64,000 nt of DNA from Bugula neritina (Eukaryota > Animalia > Bryozoa), in contig OZ037765.1 of assembly GCA_964035545.1 (NCBI GenBank), positions 21,142,995 through 21,206,994 of the forward strand, read 5' to 3'. Below are positions 30,041-42,116 of this stretch, piece after piece (the stretch's first letter is position 1; each line of letters starts with the position of its first letter). The notes below the pieces were generated by a model. It saw only the letters and a list, made by a program, of their open reading frames with translations, ran no database searches and was not told where the DNA came from. The position numbers and the translations under genes were made by a program.

Positions 30041-32945
30041 TTACTTATGTGACTTCACAAACTGACTAGAAACCTCCATGATGCTAACGCTAACATTAGC
30101 TCTTTCATCATATTCAGTCCATTCCTACAATGTATAATATATGCATATATTATCTAGTAGACTAGTACAATATGCTTATGTAATTATTGAGCTTTGGGAG
30201 CTTAGAGGGGAATTCTTGATGCTTACATTGTGCGTAACTGGTGAAAGCCCTCAATACATTAGTAAAAAGACTCCTCTACCGGATAGAATAAAAGTTGGCA
30301 ATAAGATCAGCAGTGCTATTAAAAATTAGCATGCTTTTAATATATATATTAGAAATATTGACTTTTCTAAATTAATTTTTGATCAAGGATGATGTATTTG
30401 AATAGGGTTCCAAATACCACAATAATACATCAACCTTTATCTTGACAACCTTGCATAAATACAGGTTGATATTTAATCATTTTTGCTTTATGAGATTAGG
30501 AGATATTGAAATATCTTGAAAGACTATTGTGAAAACAATGATTTGACACTATATACCTTTTCTGTGAGATCAATATCTTCAAACACTGCATTTGATTCAG
30601 ATGAAGAAGCAGTCCATCCAAGCTAAAACACAACTTAAAAATCTGTTGCCTTATATAAGAAGTTTACTTCACTTTAAATGTAGAACAAAGCTTATTACAT
30701 GATGAAAAGATAATCTGATATGTTTAAAATTTCAAGAAGCAGTAATTTCAACTCCTAATGTTTGTACCAGAGTAACTCTGGTTGTCTTCTCACTATCAGT
30801 CTGTATAGACTGTGTTTCAACCTTTTTTACTATCTTCGTGACTAATCTAGATAGTGATGCGACTAATAACACATAATAAAACTTAGCAGTAATCAGCATT
30901 ATTTTTTTAATGCCGACCACACTGCAATATCACCAGGTGAACTGAAATAGTAAATTAATCCAGATAATGTGTGCAACGATTTAGTATAAAACCTATTTGC
31001 ATAGGCACAGAACGTTAAAACTCTATTGAGGTGATAACTCTAAACTGCAACATACCCTTGGTTCAAAGTCAAGTGGTTCAACTCCCCGGCAATCAAACTC
31101 AGCGATAGTCTGAAATTGTCCTGAGTTATCTAGAAGATAGGGCCTTATACTGTCCTTTATGATATCTGCAAGTAAAACAGTACAAGGCTCAATGAAGTCT
31201 CCAAAATATATTATGTATAATTATGTAAGAGGTCGAAAAAATATTTTTGCACTTATGTAAAACAGAAAAAAAGAGTAAATACTTATATATACATGTATAT
31301 AGGCTTTGCTATGCATCTCAGTGTAAAATTTTTTAGCAATACTATTTTATCAAATTTAAAGAACCCATAAAAGCATCTGTAAATTTTAAGTATACTTCTC
31401 ATATGGCTGGTAATATTGCAAAGGTAAAAAAATGACTCAGCTAAACTCGTTCAACTGAACAGTTTGGTGCCATTCAAAACAAAATGGGTTTTTATTACAT
31501 GAAGGGTCCAAACATAACTACAAGCAAAGTACTTTTGTCACAAAACTTACGGATGTAGCAGAAACAACAGCATTATGTTAAAACAATATAAATATAGAGA
31601 ATTTAAATAACACTCAAACCAGGATTCAAAATACATCAAATGCTAAACTAATCTCATTTGTGGTATACATGCACTTTTTTTAATAAGTTTGGTCAAGTAA
31701 CATTAATTTATGATGGTTTTTGTTTGTTCCCTCAACAGCCTTTGGGAACTTTATGTCACAAGCGAATATCAATTAAATTACTTTTTATATATCATTACAT
31801 ATATAAATTTGGTTTTTAAATACACTTGCCTATTGAATTTTCTCTTGAGCAAAGTTTACATTTTATTACAAGACTGGCATGACCCCTTCCCCCTTTTAGA
31901 GGTTGTTCATCCTGAAAATATTACCAAAAGAATAGTACAAAATTTGACCAGGAATCTGAACTTTCTCAATTTATATTTTCGGGTAATTATATGTTTTACC
32001 CAAAACTTAATGTGTTGTCATAAAGTTTATATATATTAATCCTTACCAATATTGTTATGTATTGGTGATTTCCAGTTTCTTCACCGCAACTGCCACACTT
32101 TAGCTAAAGACAACCAACAAATAAACTTTAAACCCTGGGTAATTAAATAGCCAATCACATTTAAAATCATTAGTTCTTTACAAAACTGAAATGAATATTG
32201 GAAATTGGAAGTTTTACCCACAAGAGATTATTTCTATAGTTTTAAAACTTTTACCCCCCAAAATAACAATAAAATATGTTGCTTATAAATTTACTACATT
32301 TACTTATTCTATATTGATTGATATGACAATAGGTAAGAAGTTTAAAGCCGAAAATTAATTAGTATTTGAGAACTTGGTAGTACAATTAGCTGTAGAATAT
32401 ACCTTGAAATACCACCTAAAATCATCACCAGCAGGACTCACATTTGTAACATTGTCTAACTCAGCTTGCAATTGAAGAGCAAATCTCTAAAATAAAAGAA
32501 AATTAATTTGAATAATCCCAAGTATTAGATTCAAGAGTAAAGCTAAATATTCTAATTGTAAATATAATCTTACCTATTGCATAGCTACACAGACCATTAA
32601 TATTGAATGATTATTTAAAATTAATGATCAAGATAAGAGCCAACAGCAACATTAACACTTAACAGTATGACTGGAAAGTAGAAACTGAGTAGAAAGTGAA
32701 ACAATCAAGAAACTATTCCAGTTTCTTATTTATATTATAATTAAATCTAACACAGTTGCCGTTGGAAACAAATGCTTTCATGTCTAACTCTATAAATTAC
32801 CAAAAATCAAAACATGAATTAAAGCTTGGAAATTCATTTTGCAAATTATATCAGACTCAGTTTTAGTTTAGTTTAACATCATGAGCATTATATTTATTGC
32901 ATTTCAACCAATAACATTAATTTTAAGTGATTAACTTACAGGCAT
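30041..32945 (-). CDS. CZIB: CXXC motif-containing zinc-binding protein (UPF0587, C1orf123 homolog), 7 coding exons, 162 aa
   Basis: Exons 32945-32940 (ATG CCT), 32486-32403, 32103-32047, 31911-31830, 31165-31056, 30622-30557, 30124-30041. Translation MPRFALQLQAELDNVTNVSPAGDDFRWYFKLKCGSCGE...KGGRGHASLVIKCKLCSRENSIDII...AEFDCRGVEPLDFEPR...DIDLTEKEWTEYDE...QFVKSHK* with two CxxC motifs. Intron 4 has a GC donor. Not shown in the ORF track. Confidence 0.94.
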
Positions 32946-33379
32946 GACTGCCAACAACAGTGAACAAGCAACTATTAGGATTACTACTGGTACTACTAGT
33001 ACTAGGAGTAGGAGTAGCCGTAGGACTAGGAGTAGTCACTAGCAGATCAGCAGTGAAGTTGAACAAAGCAAGAACAACAATAATTTTGATAACTGAATAA
33101 GGCGATTTCTCAAATTAGTGACAGTACGAGTATAAAATTTTTGATTATATTATTGATTCGATTTGAAAACAATATTAAATTTAAGAACTTGTTTATGTTT
33201 AAGTTTAAATTATTGTGAATATAATTATAATATTTATTGAAATGAGCAAAATTATAAAATAAACGGACTCGTTACTAGATTATTAGGCCTGGTGTTTGAA
33301 AGAAATTAACTTATTTAATCAAAGTTCTGGAAATACATAGTTATAATTCATATAATAAGTTTGATATCATTGAGCTCAG

Positions 33380-33826
33380 GCTATAACACTAGAGTGGCAA
33401 CATTGAACTCAATAATATCTATTGTCTATTCCAGCTCAGTGAGTGGCAACATCTATAAAAATGGCTTGAAACAGCACCGAGCTGGGGGTGATCAAATGCA
33501 GTGGCGCGCGAGGCTTCTAGTTTGAGCAGTAATGCGTATACAAATACTGATTTCAGTCATTCCTATTTTGGTGCTGTTTTTAGCGACTTTCAACATTTGC
33601 GTTGATGAAGTACCCAACGCCGTTATAGCATAATTCACATTTTCTATAAAAATAGTTACCTGCGGGATAAATACAGCGAGCACTACTTACTGAGCTCTCG
33701 CCAATGGTTATGAATGCTATATAGTATTAATAATAATTTTACATTCATATCTCTCTCAATTTCTCCCCATTCAAATATTTATATACTCTGCGCCGAAGAA
33801 GAGGAAATTTAATTTGAGTAAACACA
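33380..33826. promoter_or_regulatory. Bidirectional promoter CZIB / CDC23
   Basis: Start codons are 882 nt apart head-to-head. CpG-rich; GAGTGGCAACAT twice (about 33392 and 33441); E2F-like TGGCGCGCG (33502-33510); CCAAT at 33701; CHR-like TTCAAA (33770-33775); minus-strand donor CAG/GTAACT at 33659 suggesting a CZIB 5'UTR exon. Confidence 0.6.
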
Positions 33827-36800
33827 ATGGCATCTGATTCTACAATAGCCACACACTGCATCTACTTTTCCCCGACAGAGTTAAAAGACATTAGATTACA
33901 AGCTCTCTCAACTTTTCACCAAGCTAATGCTCGAGGATTAACGTACACAAGTCGATGGTAAACTACATTAACATTTATTTTTAACATTAACTTTAAATTT
34001 TCGTTAATCATTAAATTCAATTTTGAAGTTTATAAAGTTGTGTCAACCTGAATGAGTGAATGTAAATGAATGACTAATTGTAAAAATACAAAAAAAATAA
34101 AGAACTTAAAGGTAAACTTTGGTTTTACTACAACTGTACAAGTGCAAGTAGTAGTACAAAAGTTCTAAACTAAAACATATATTAGTTGTTACTATCAGTA
34201 CTTACAGTAAAACTGGTACTCACTTACAGTTACACACTTAGTCTTACACTGTGACGGTCACCACGATTGTCAATCACTCAATGTCTAACGCATAATGATA
34301 ATGATAATATTTATTATTTATTTATATTAGTTATTACTAGTACTACACACAGTAGGATATTTATATTATAATATTCAGGACTTGAGTTTAATTTACGTTC
34401 AAGCTTAAACTGACCAGCATGAATAATTAATAGTTTTATTATATTTATGATTTCATTATTTTGTAATTACATGCATCCTAAAGCTAATATAATATAATGT
34501 TATAATATTTGCTATAATATTATGAAACGTAATTAGCATTGCAGCTGAGAAATTGGCTTTGCTTGGCAATGCAAATTAGGTTGGTTATTGTTAAAAATTT
34601 GATATAATACAAGTTTACAACATCTAAGAGAGCTATTTACATTCAAATGTTGGGCAGGTATATGAGATTGTTGCTTGTTAGCCAGTTTCAGTATAAGACC
34701 AGCTTCACTGTTGAGTAATCAATGCTACTATGGTAATACAACCAAGTGATCAAGAGTACTACTATCAATATTGTTATGATAAATCATGAATAATATGTGC
34801 CAAATAGGTTTTTAGTGATGAGCCAATAGTATTTAATTTTTGTAATGCACTTGTTGCATAATCAAAAAAATACTATTACACATATTTACAGAGTCTTGTA
34901 TCTGTTTGACAGAGTTCTTACACTTCTTGTGCTACTGATATTTTTTAATTTATTTCTAGGCTTTCAGAGTTAGCATTAGCTTTAGAAACAGAGTTCAATG
35001 ATGAAGAGGTTGAGGATGTCTCATCAGATTCAGTATATTTGTCTTCTGTAAGTCTCTTTAATAATGATAAAAGTAAAAGAATATATAAATTTCATTAATT
35101 TATACTTTTAAATATCTAATAAGAAATAAGTTCTATATTTCATATTTCTTGATTGTGTATGCATTTTAAATATTGTTTAGTGAAACCAGAATTCCCTATC
35201 AATAAAGTATTAATTTGAAGATCTGCATTCTATCAATTTTTTGTATGGTGTATTCTATAATAAATAAATATTTATAAGTGCAAGTATTACATCTTATTGT
35301 AGTTTAACATTTGTATACATGTGAAACAACTTTTCAAAACTCAAGTATGTTTAGAGGTTCCATCTCTGTGAGAATCCCTGATAGTGAAGGATTTTTTAAA
35401 GCAGGCCAAGTACTTATTTATATGTGGCAAAGGAGCAAATATAACTGGATGCCCTTCCTAACATCACCAACGGCCTTTACTGGGGTTCAAACCCACGGCC
35501 TTGTATTTCCTAAGCCTGTGCTCTAACCATTCCGGCAGCCGCTGCTCCTTCGTGAAGTAACTTTATAGTCAACCATAATTATTCTCTTTATTAATTTCTG
35601 CAGATTAGCAAAGCAGATCGCACCAAGCACGCGGTGGCTATGACATATTATCAACTGAAGGAATACAAGCGTGCAGCACATCTCACCAGAACATGCAAGT
35701 CTCTGCCAGTTCAGTTTCTACATTACTACTGCACGTACATGGCGGGTGAAAGCAAAGATTCCCAATCAGAGCTTTTCTTTGGTAATTGATTTTTCTGTAT
35801 ATTGTTATTTAAACGTCAGTTAGAATAGAATGATTAGTCAGTTTAATTGTAAAGTGCTTAGGAATTTTTTTGATAAAATAAAACTTGCATTGGTTTTTAA
35901 AGTCTCCATCCCTATGAGATATCTTGATGGTAAAATGTTTTAAGCATGCTAAGGATTTGTTTTTACTGTATCGCAAGAGCTTTTCTATGACTGCTTCTTA
36001 TATATGCGTGTGTGTGCATATGTGTGAGTGTCTGTGTGTAATTATTAGAAGATTTAAGAATACTTCTTAGGCATTGTAAATTTGTAATATCAATTTTGCA
36101 ACTCAAAGTGATTCCAACCAGTGATAGCCCTGTAATATTGCAGATGGGGAGCAGAAACGAGAGGAGAATAGAGATCACCTAGTTGAACTTTGCAGTGACC
36201 TCACAGATAAATATAAAGATGGCCAGCTCGATGCATACCTACTTTACCTGTGAGTTTATAATTAGAAAATGGAGCTCTCCGTACAAAGAGATTAGCATTG
36301 TTTGATTATTTGTATTCTCTAATAAATTTCTTATAGAATATTTTGATGGAATTACTTTGCTTATGTTTTTATTGTTTATCATGAAAAAATTGTAATCAAT
36401 CTTGCGTTTTTTAAGAAAATTAGTTGCATTGTTTATCACACTATAACAGGACTCTCAACATTTTTTGCAGATGGTCATTTGTAAATATTTAGCAACTTCA
36501 TTAGATTTCCTCCCAGCAAGTTGGTTAGTCTCAGTTGAACAAAGAAATTTGGCTGTAGTTTAATATCTAATCTTGCGGTCAACTGTTTCAAAAATTTATG
36601 AAGTTTTATTGAATACTGAAAAATTACATCTTTATTTAAAATTTTGCCAAATGTCTGAGACCAAAGGTTAAAGGATGAGTGGTTGTACAAGTAAGTGACT
36701 CCAAGATAAACACCCTTGCATTATATTATTTTGTTACATTTGTATACCCTAGGTATGGTGTGATACTAAAAAAGACTGGCTATACAGAAGATGCCATGTC

Positions 36801-39800
36801 CATTCTAATAAAATCAGTTGAACTGCAGCCTTGTCTGTGGAGCTCCTGGTTCGAATTAGCAGCCATGTTGAATGATCGTAGTGATGTAAGCAAAGATACT
36901 TCATAAACATAGTCTTCTAGTCCGTGATTATTTTTTTGCACATCTGAGGTGCTGAAATAAATCATAAAGAAATCCATGCTACATGTGCTATTTGTGTATT
37001 TTGAAGTTGTCGAAGCTAAAGCTGCCTAATCATTGGATGAAGCATTTCTTTCTGGCCCACGTCTACCTTGACCTTCAAATAGGTGACCAATCAGCTGCAA
37101 TATACTCGAATCTTTTAGAAGCTGGATTTGCTAACAGCACCTATCTTATAGCGCAACTTGCTGTGGCATATGATAACACTAAAAGTAAGTTGGTGACAGT
37201 AAACTTATAGTTTTTGATGTGAATATATTTAGTGCATTCGCTATATCTGAACCTAAGTGGAAAAAACTACTAGTCATGAATGATTATGGACATTAACTTA
37301 CACTAATGGAATATCTTCTAAAGATATCTAATCAACATGAACTTTTTATTGTTTGCGTCAAAGGTTTTATATCCCACGTTATAGATATTAACAAATTTAT
37401 TATTATTTACATTAACAAATTATTCTTTATTTATTATTTCATTTAGTTGATATTAGATCATTCTATGAATGTTTATAAGACACTCTATAGATATGATATT
37501 ATTGTATAGATAATGATGTTGTTTTACAGATTTTGATGTAACATTTTGTAGATGTTGATATGGCTATAGAACATTTTGAGAATCTGAGAATTAAAGACCC
37601 ATATCGCCTTGACAACATGGACACCTACTCTAACGTCTTATATGTGAAGGTATATTCTTATGGCCTTAGATAGACTCAACAAATATGCTAAGTTTAGCTG
37701 ATGATTTAGAAGCCTTCACATGTTGTACATTGAGTGAGATTGAAGCCTCAATGTGTACTGAATGGTGCTGTTTGTAGGAGATGAGGGTGGAACTCGCTGA
37801 CTTGGCAGCTAAGTGTATTGATATTGATCGGTACAGAGCGGAGACCTGTTGTGTAATTGGTGAGTCACCACTCTATAGGTGATTGCTGTATGAAGCTACA
37901 GGGCTCCCCATACTTAGCCCGTATTGTTTCATATGGCTACATAACTCAAACTGGTTGCAAGGTACAGAAAAGTTGTCCTATCAATGCATTATGTAAAGTT
38001 ACATGGTCACCTGTTTACCCTGTTATATTATGGAACTATTTCTTTTCACATTTACCTTTATGTTGCTATATTCACTACACCTCTTGCTTTCTAATATAAA
38101 TAAGTAATCAATCAAGTGTATATTGACGTACATTGGAGTTGCCTGTTTATTTTAATTGGAAACCACTACTTGATATACTAGCGGCTAGAACTTTTTTGTA
38201 GCAGCTCCTAGTACTGTATAATAATAATGTTTATTAATTTATGTATATGATTGTTCTAGGTTTCATTTATAACATTTATGTAATAATTGTGGAAGTTGCA
38301 TGTAGGTGGTTGGTATAAGTTTTATGGTTTTAATGGGTTTATTACAGTTGAAAATAATGGGGAAAGAGCATTTTATTTTGACTAGAGTTTCAAGTTCATG
38401 TGGCAAGTTTTAATTACATGTCATGCTGCATGCATGTTTTACAGGAAATTACTACAGCATCCGAGACCAGCATGAACATGCAGCTTTATACTTTCAAAGA
38501 GCCCTTAAACTAAACCCTAACTTCATCTCTGCCTGGACTCTAATGGGCCATGAGTATATGGAGTTGCAAAATCAGAGTGCTGCCATACAGGCGTACAGAC
38601 AGGCACTAGGTATGTGCTGACAGCCACCTCTGCTGTCTTTAATAATGTCTGCGCAGAGTATGCTAAGACTGGTGGTGATATTTCATATTTGGCTAATACT
38701 TTGTGAGGCATTTGCTTAGAGTGGTGTGTTTGAGTTTATCAGACAATTTTTACATGAGTGTATAATATGTTCCGGTGTTAGAGGTGGACTCGAGAGACTT
38801 TAGGGCTTGGTACGGACTCGGACAAACTCATGAGATATTGAAGATGCATCATTATTCACTGTACTACTATCAGCAAGCGCTGAAGCTTCGACCAAACGAC
38901 TCGAGAATGCTTATGGCTGTTGGATGCACTTATAAACTGCTGAATAAACCGCAACAAGCTAAGATCTGCTTCTGGAAGGCTCACATGATTGGTGATCCTG
39001 AGGGCATTGCTCTCACACACCTAGCCAAGTATGTGCAGTATTATATATTAACTTTGGCAAATATTATATATGAACTTCTGTAGATATTATATATGAATTA
39101 TTAGAAAAATTGAGGCGTTAAACCACAAAATATTCAACAAAGCTTTTAGTCAGCTGGTTTCTTTCAAGTATTTAAGTGGTTGTACATTTTTTTTTATCCT
39201 GGAAGAGATTTTTTCGTAATTATCTCAGTTTTACAGAAAAATTTATTACAAATGGTGTAGATGTAAATGTTGCATGTGTCATACTTATGGAGTTGTGAGC
39301 TCTTGCTCTTTGTATTCAAACATGATGACTTTATAATGTGTAGATTACATGAAACACTGAAGGAAGATGAGAATGCTGCCGCAGCTTTTACTACTTTCGT
39401 TCTGGATGCCGCACAGTCTGGGGTGAGTGTTCCTTCATTCACATGTATAACTGCTTCGTATATAATGTCTATTACTAACATATCAACTTATTAGTCAGTT
39501 AGTTTTGATTGATAGGTTTTCTATCATGCAACATTTAGGCTTGCATCAGCTACGCACAATTAATAGTCAAATAGATACTGACAGATTATTTATTGCGTCG
39601 ATATTTTCATATTTTCGTAAAATATTGGCATTCTTCATTATAATCCATTCCTACTCCTGTGACCATCAATAGCTGCTTGACCTACATGTTGAGCACACAC
39701 TTAGCAAGCAGCAAATCATGAAGTTAGTGGGAAACCAAGATATAATGTATTGCCATGGGCTTTATTCTAGAAGAAATGTGACACAACATCACGAGTAGTT

Positions 39801-41439
39801 TGAATTTTTAATAGTTTTATCATGAGAAGATTTTTGTCTGGGGTTTTCTGGTGATAGAGCCGTCAAATTTTGAAATGTAAGAAATAAAATGGAGAACCAG
39901 TATAACAAGGAAAAAATTTGTTAACTAAAACTTGAATTATGTAATTTTAGACCAAAAGTATATTTTATAAAAAAAAATTTGTACTAGAATGTTCCAAATT
40001 CATGACTATCTTAGCATTTTTGTTGTAAAAATGCTTTTGGCGTTGAATTTTATAACTAATATAATGTCATTTAGTGATAATAGTTGCTAACTAGCATACA
40101 TTAAAGTGTTATAAAACAATAATTTTTCCAGTTTATGTCTTTTTTCTATCAGTAGTAGAGAAAAGTATTAACTACAGAAATAGTTCAACAATGCCACAAT
40201 GGAGATTGTACTAGTGAAGTTACCTATATACTTTTACAGATGAGTAACCCAAGGGAAATGGCACATGCATACAAGTTTCTAGCTAACTACAACCTAAAGA
40301 TAGGCAACCATGAGGAGGCTTATATAGCAGCCCAGAAATGTATTGATTACCCAGAGGTAGTTAGTTCTTATTCAGTGGAGATCTAATATATGCATGTTAT
40401 GTGATTTCCACATCTGTATTGCGAAATACGTATGAAAGGTGGTTTTTGAAAATTTGTCAACTGTGCAGCAGTTACCAACTGATTGTTAATTCATTATTCA
40501 TGTAGTTGGTCACTGTTGTGAAGTATTTGACAGATATATGTGTGAAGTACTACAATAAACTCTGTTATTGTCTGACTCTTACTACAATAAGATATACTTA
40601 TATATTACTATAGCACTTAAAAAAAGTCTTCTACCATCCAGCACTTGTGCTATGAAACCTGCTCAGTCTGTCTATCATAAATAATGTTCCTTTGAAAAGG
40701 AAATTTTATGGTAGAGAAAATCAAACATGTTCCGTGTATTATGTGTAAAGTTAAGCATTTGAAATAACTTTTAAATATTTTTGTTATCTCATACTGTAGA
40801 ATTGTTTTTATAGTATGCAGACACTATGTTGGTTATGTGGTGGTAAATCTATAACAACTCTTCAATGATTCTGATCTTGATGTTATACAACATCACCTAA
40901 TACATATGTATGATTTGGTGCAAATATGAATCTATTGAGTTACAATTGCATTTTGTGGTTTAAAAGTTAGTCACTTTGCCCATTGCATTGTACAATTGAA
41001 CTGCAAACAGTTGGCGATTTTCACAATATTCTTATTTTATGAAACATGAAATGTAAACTACCTCATGGTTCTTTTGATGTGGTGGGCAAAGTTGCTGTTT
41101 GTGTTGTGGCCAGAAACATTTTGTCACTGCCTCACCATTGTTTTTATTAGGCACTGTTCAAGATGAGCAGATAATCCCTGTGCGTATTTTTCAAATTTTA
41201 AGTTATTCCTAAATATAATAATGTTTCTTGTTCAGACTAGAGAAGAAGGTAAAGCGCTACTGAGTCAAATAACGAAAACCAGTGGTATACCCGACACTAT
41301 TGGACAAAGTAGCTCAGTGGAGCCAATGCCTATAGAGGTCAATGACAGTATTGCCCAAGATCTCTTCAGCCGTGCATCAGCCACTCCAGCTCCTCACCTG
41401 TCGCCTCGTAATCTTCATTTCATAACCCCAGACCACTAA
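33827..41439 (+). CDS. CDC23: Cell division cycle protein 23 / APC/C subunit 8 (TPR protein), 13 coding exons, about 601 aa
   Basis: Exons 33827-33957, 34960-35047, 35604-35781, 36144-36249, 36753-36885, 37007-37184, 37552-37649, 37778-37859, 38445-38609, 38782-39028, 39344-39422, 40240-40356, 41236-41439. Motifs [73 protein letters not shown]-terminal tail has TP/SP sites. Confidence 0.96.
35415..35550 (-). mobile_element. tRNA-derived SINE (degenerate) in CDC23 intron 2
   Basis: Minus strand GGCTGCCGGAATGGTTAGAGC (A box, 35537-35527) ... GTGGGTTTGAACCCC (B box, 35493-35483) with tRNA spacing. The anticodon stem is broken. It is followed by a non-tRNA body GTTGGTGATGTTAGGAAGGGCATCCAG and an AT-rich tail. 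Confidence 0.7.
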
Positions 41440-42116
41440 ATTTATTAGTGACGAATGAATATTGTATATATGTGCAGCACTGCCTAAGTATGAGCATCAA
41501 TGCAGCTGTTAAATTGTCATTATCCAAAAGTGTGTCAATTTGGTAAACAAATTTGTGAGCTGCTCCTTTGTCATTGCGTAAGTGTTTTATATTTCTTTTA
41601 ACTCGGTACCTCACTTCCCTTTTGTTAATCTTTGTTTGTTGGGAATTTTTAATATTGCAAATAGGATTCTGCAATATTTTTATCTTGAAAAGTCATTGAA
41701 TTTCTGGGAAGTGATTTGGCCATATTTCAAAGAAGCTATTGATTTTCATGTTTATTTAAAACTGTTTTATAATAATATATTTTCATAAAATGGAAATAAA
41801 GATTGCTTTATAGTAATGTATCTTTTAGAAAAATGGCAATAAATTTATAGTACTTGCTAGCCTAAAAAATAAATACAACTTGGCACAGTGTACCAGAATT
41901 TAAGAAGATTTACATTGAATACCTGGTGCACAATGTACTTGCTCATAACTACTCAACTAACTCTTGTATAAGATTATATGTATAAAACCATTGTTATAAT
42001 ACTTGATACATTTCTCAGTGGAGCTGGGAACAAAGTTCACATAAACAAGCTGCATTTGCTTTCAACATAAATATAGCAAACAGCTACAACATGAAGTTGC
42101 TATTCACACACAGTTG

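Noticed and set aside
31075-31086. Pol III B-box-like GGTTCAACTCC
   Set aside because: It lies inside a CZIB coding exon (RGVEP codons) with no A box or cloverleaf.
32946-33092. Minus-strand open frame resembling a signal peptide plus a Thr/Pro/Ser mucin-like stretch
   Set aside because: It has no ATG, is out of frame with the CZIB start, and is produced by the periodic low-complexity tract in the 5' UTR.
35471-35545. Functional tRNA gene
   Set aside because: Acceptor and anticodon stems do not pair, the B box is decayed and a SINE-like body follows.
37699-37761. C/D box snoRNA candidate (TGATGA...CTGA) in a CDC23 intron
   Set aside because: The D box is only 16 nt from the acceptor, there is no terminal stem and no recognisable rRNA guide.
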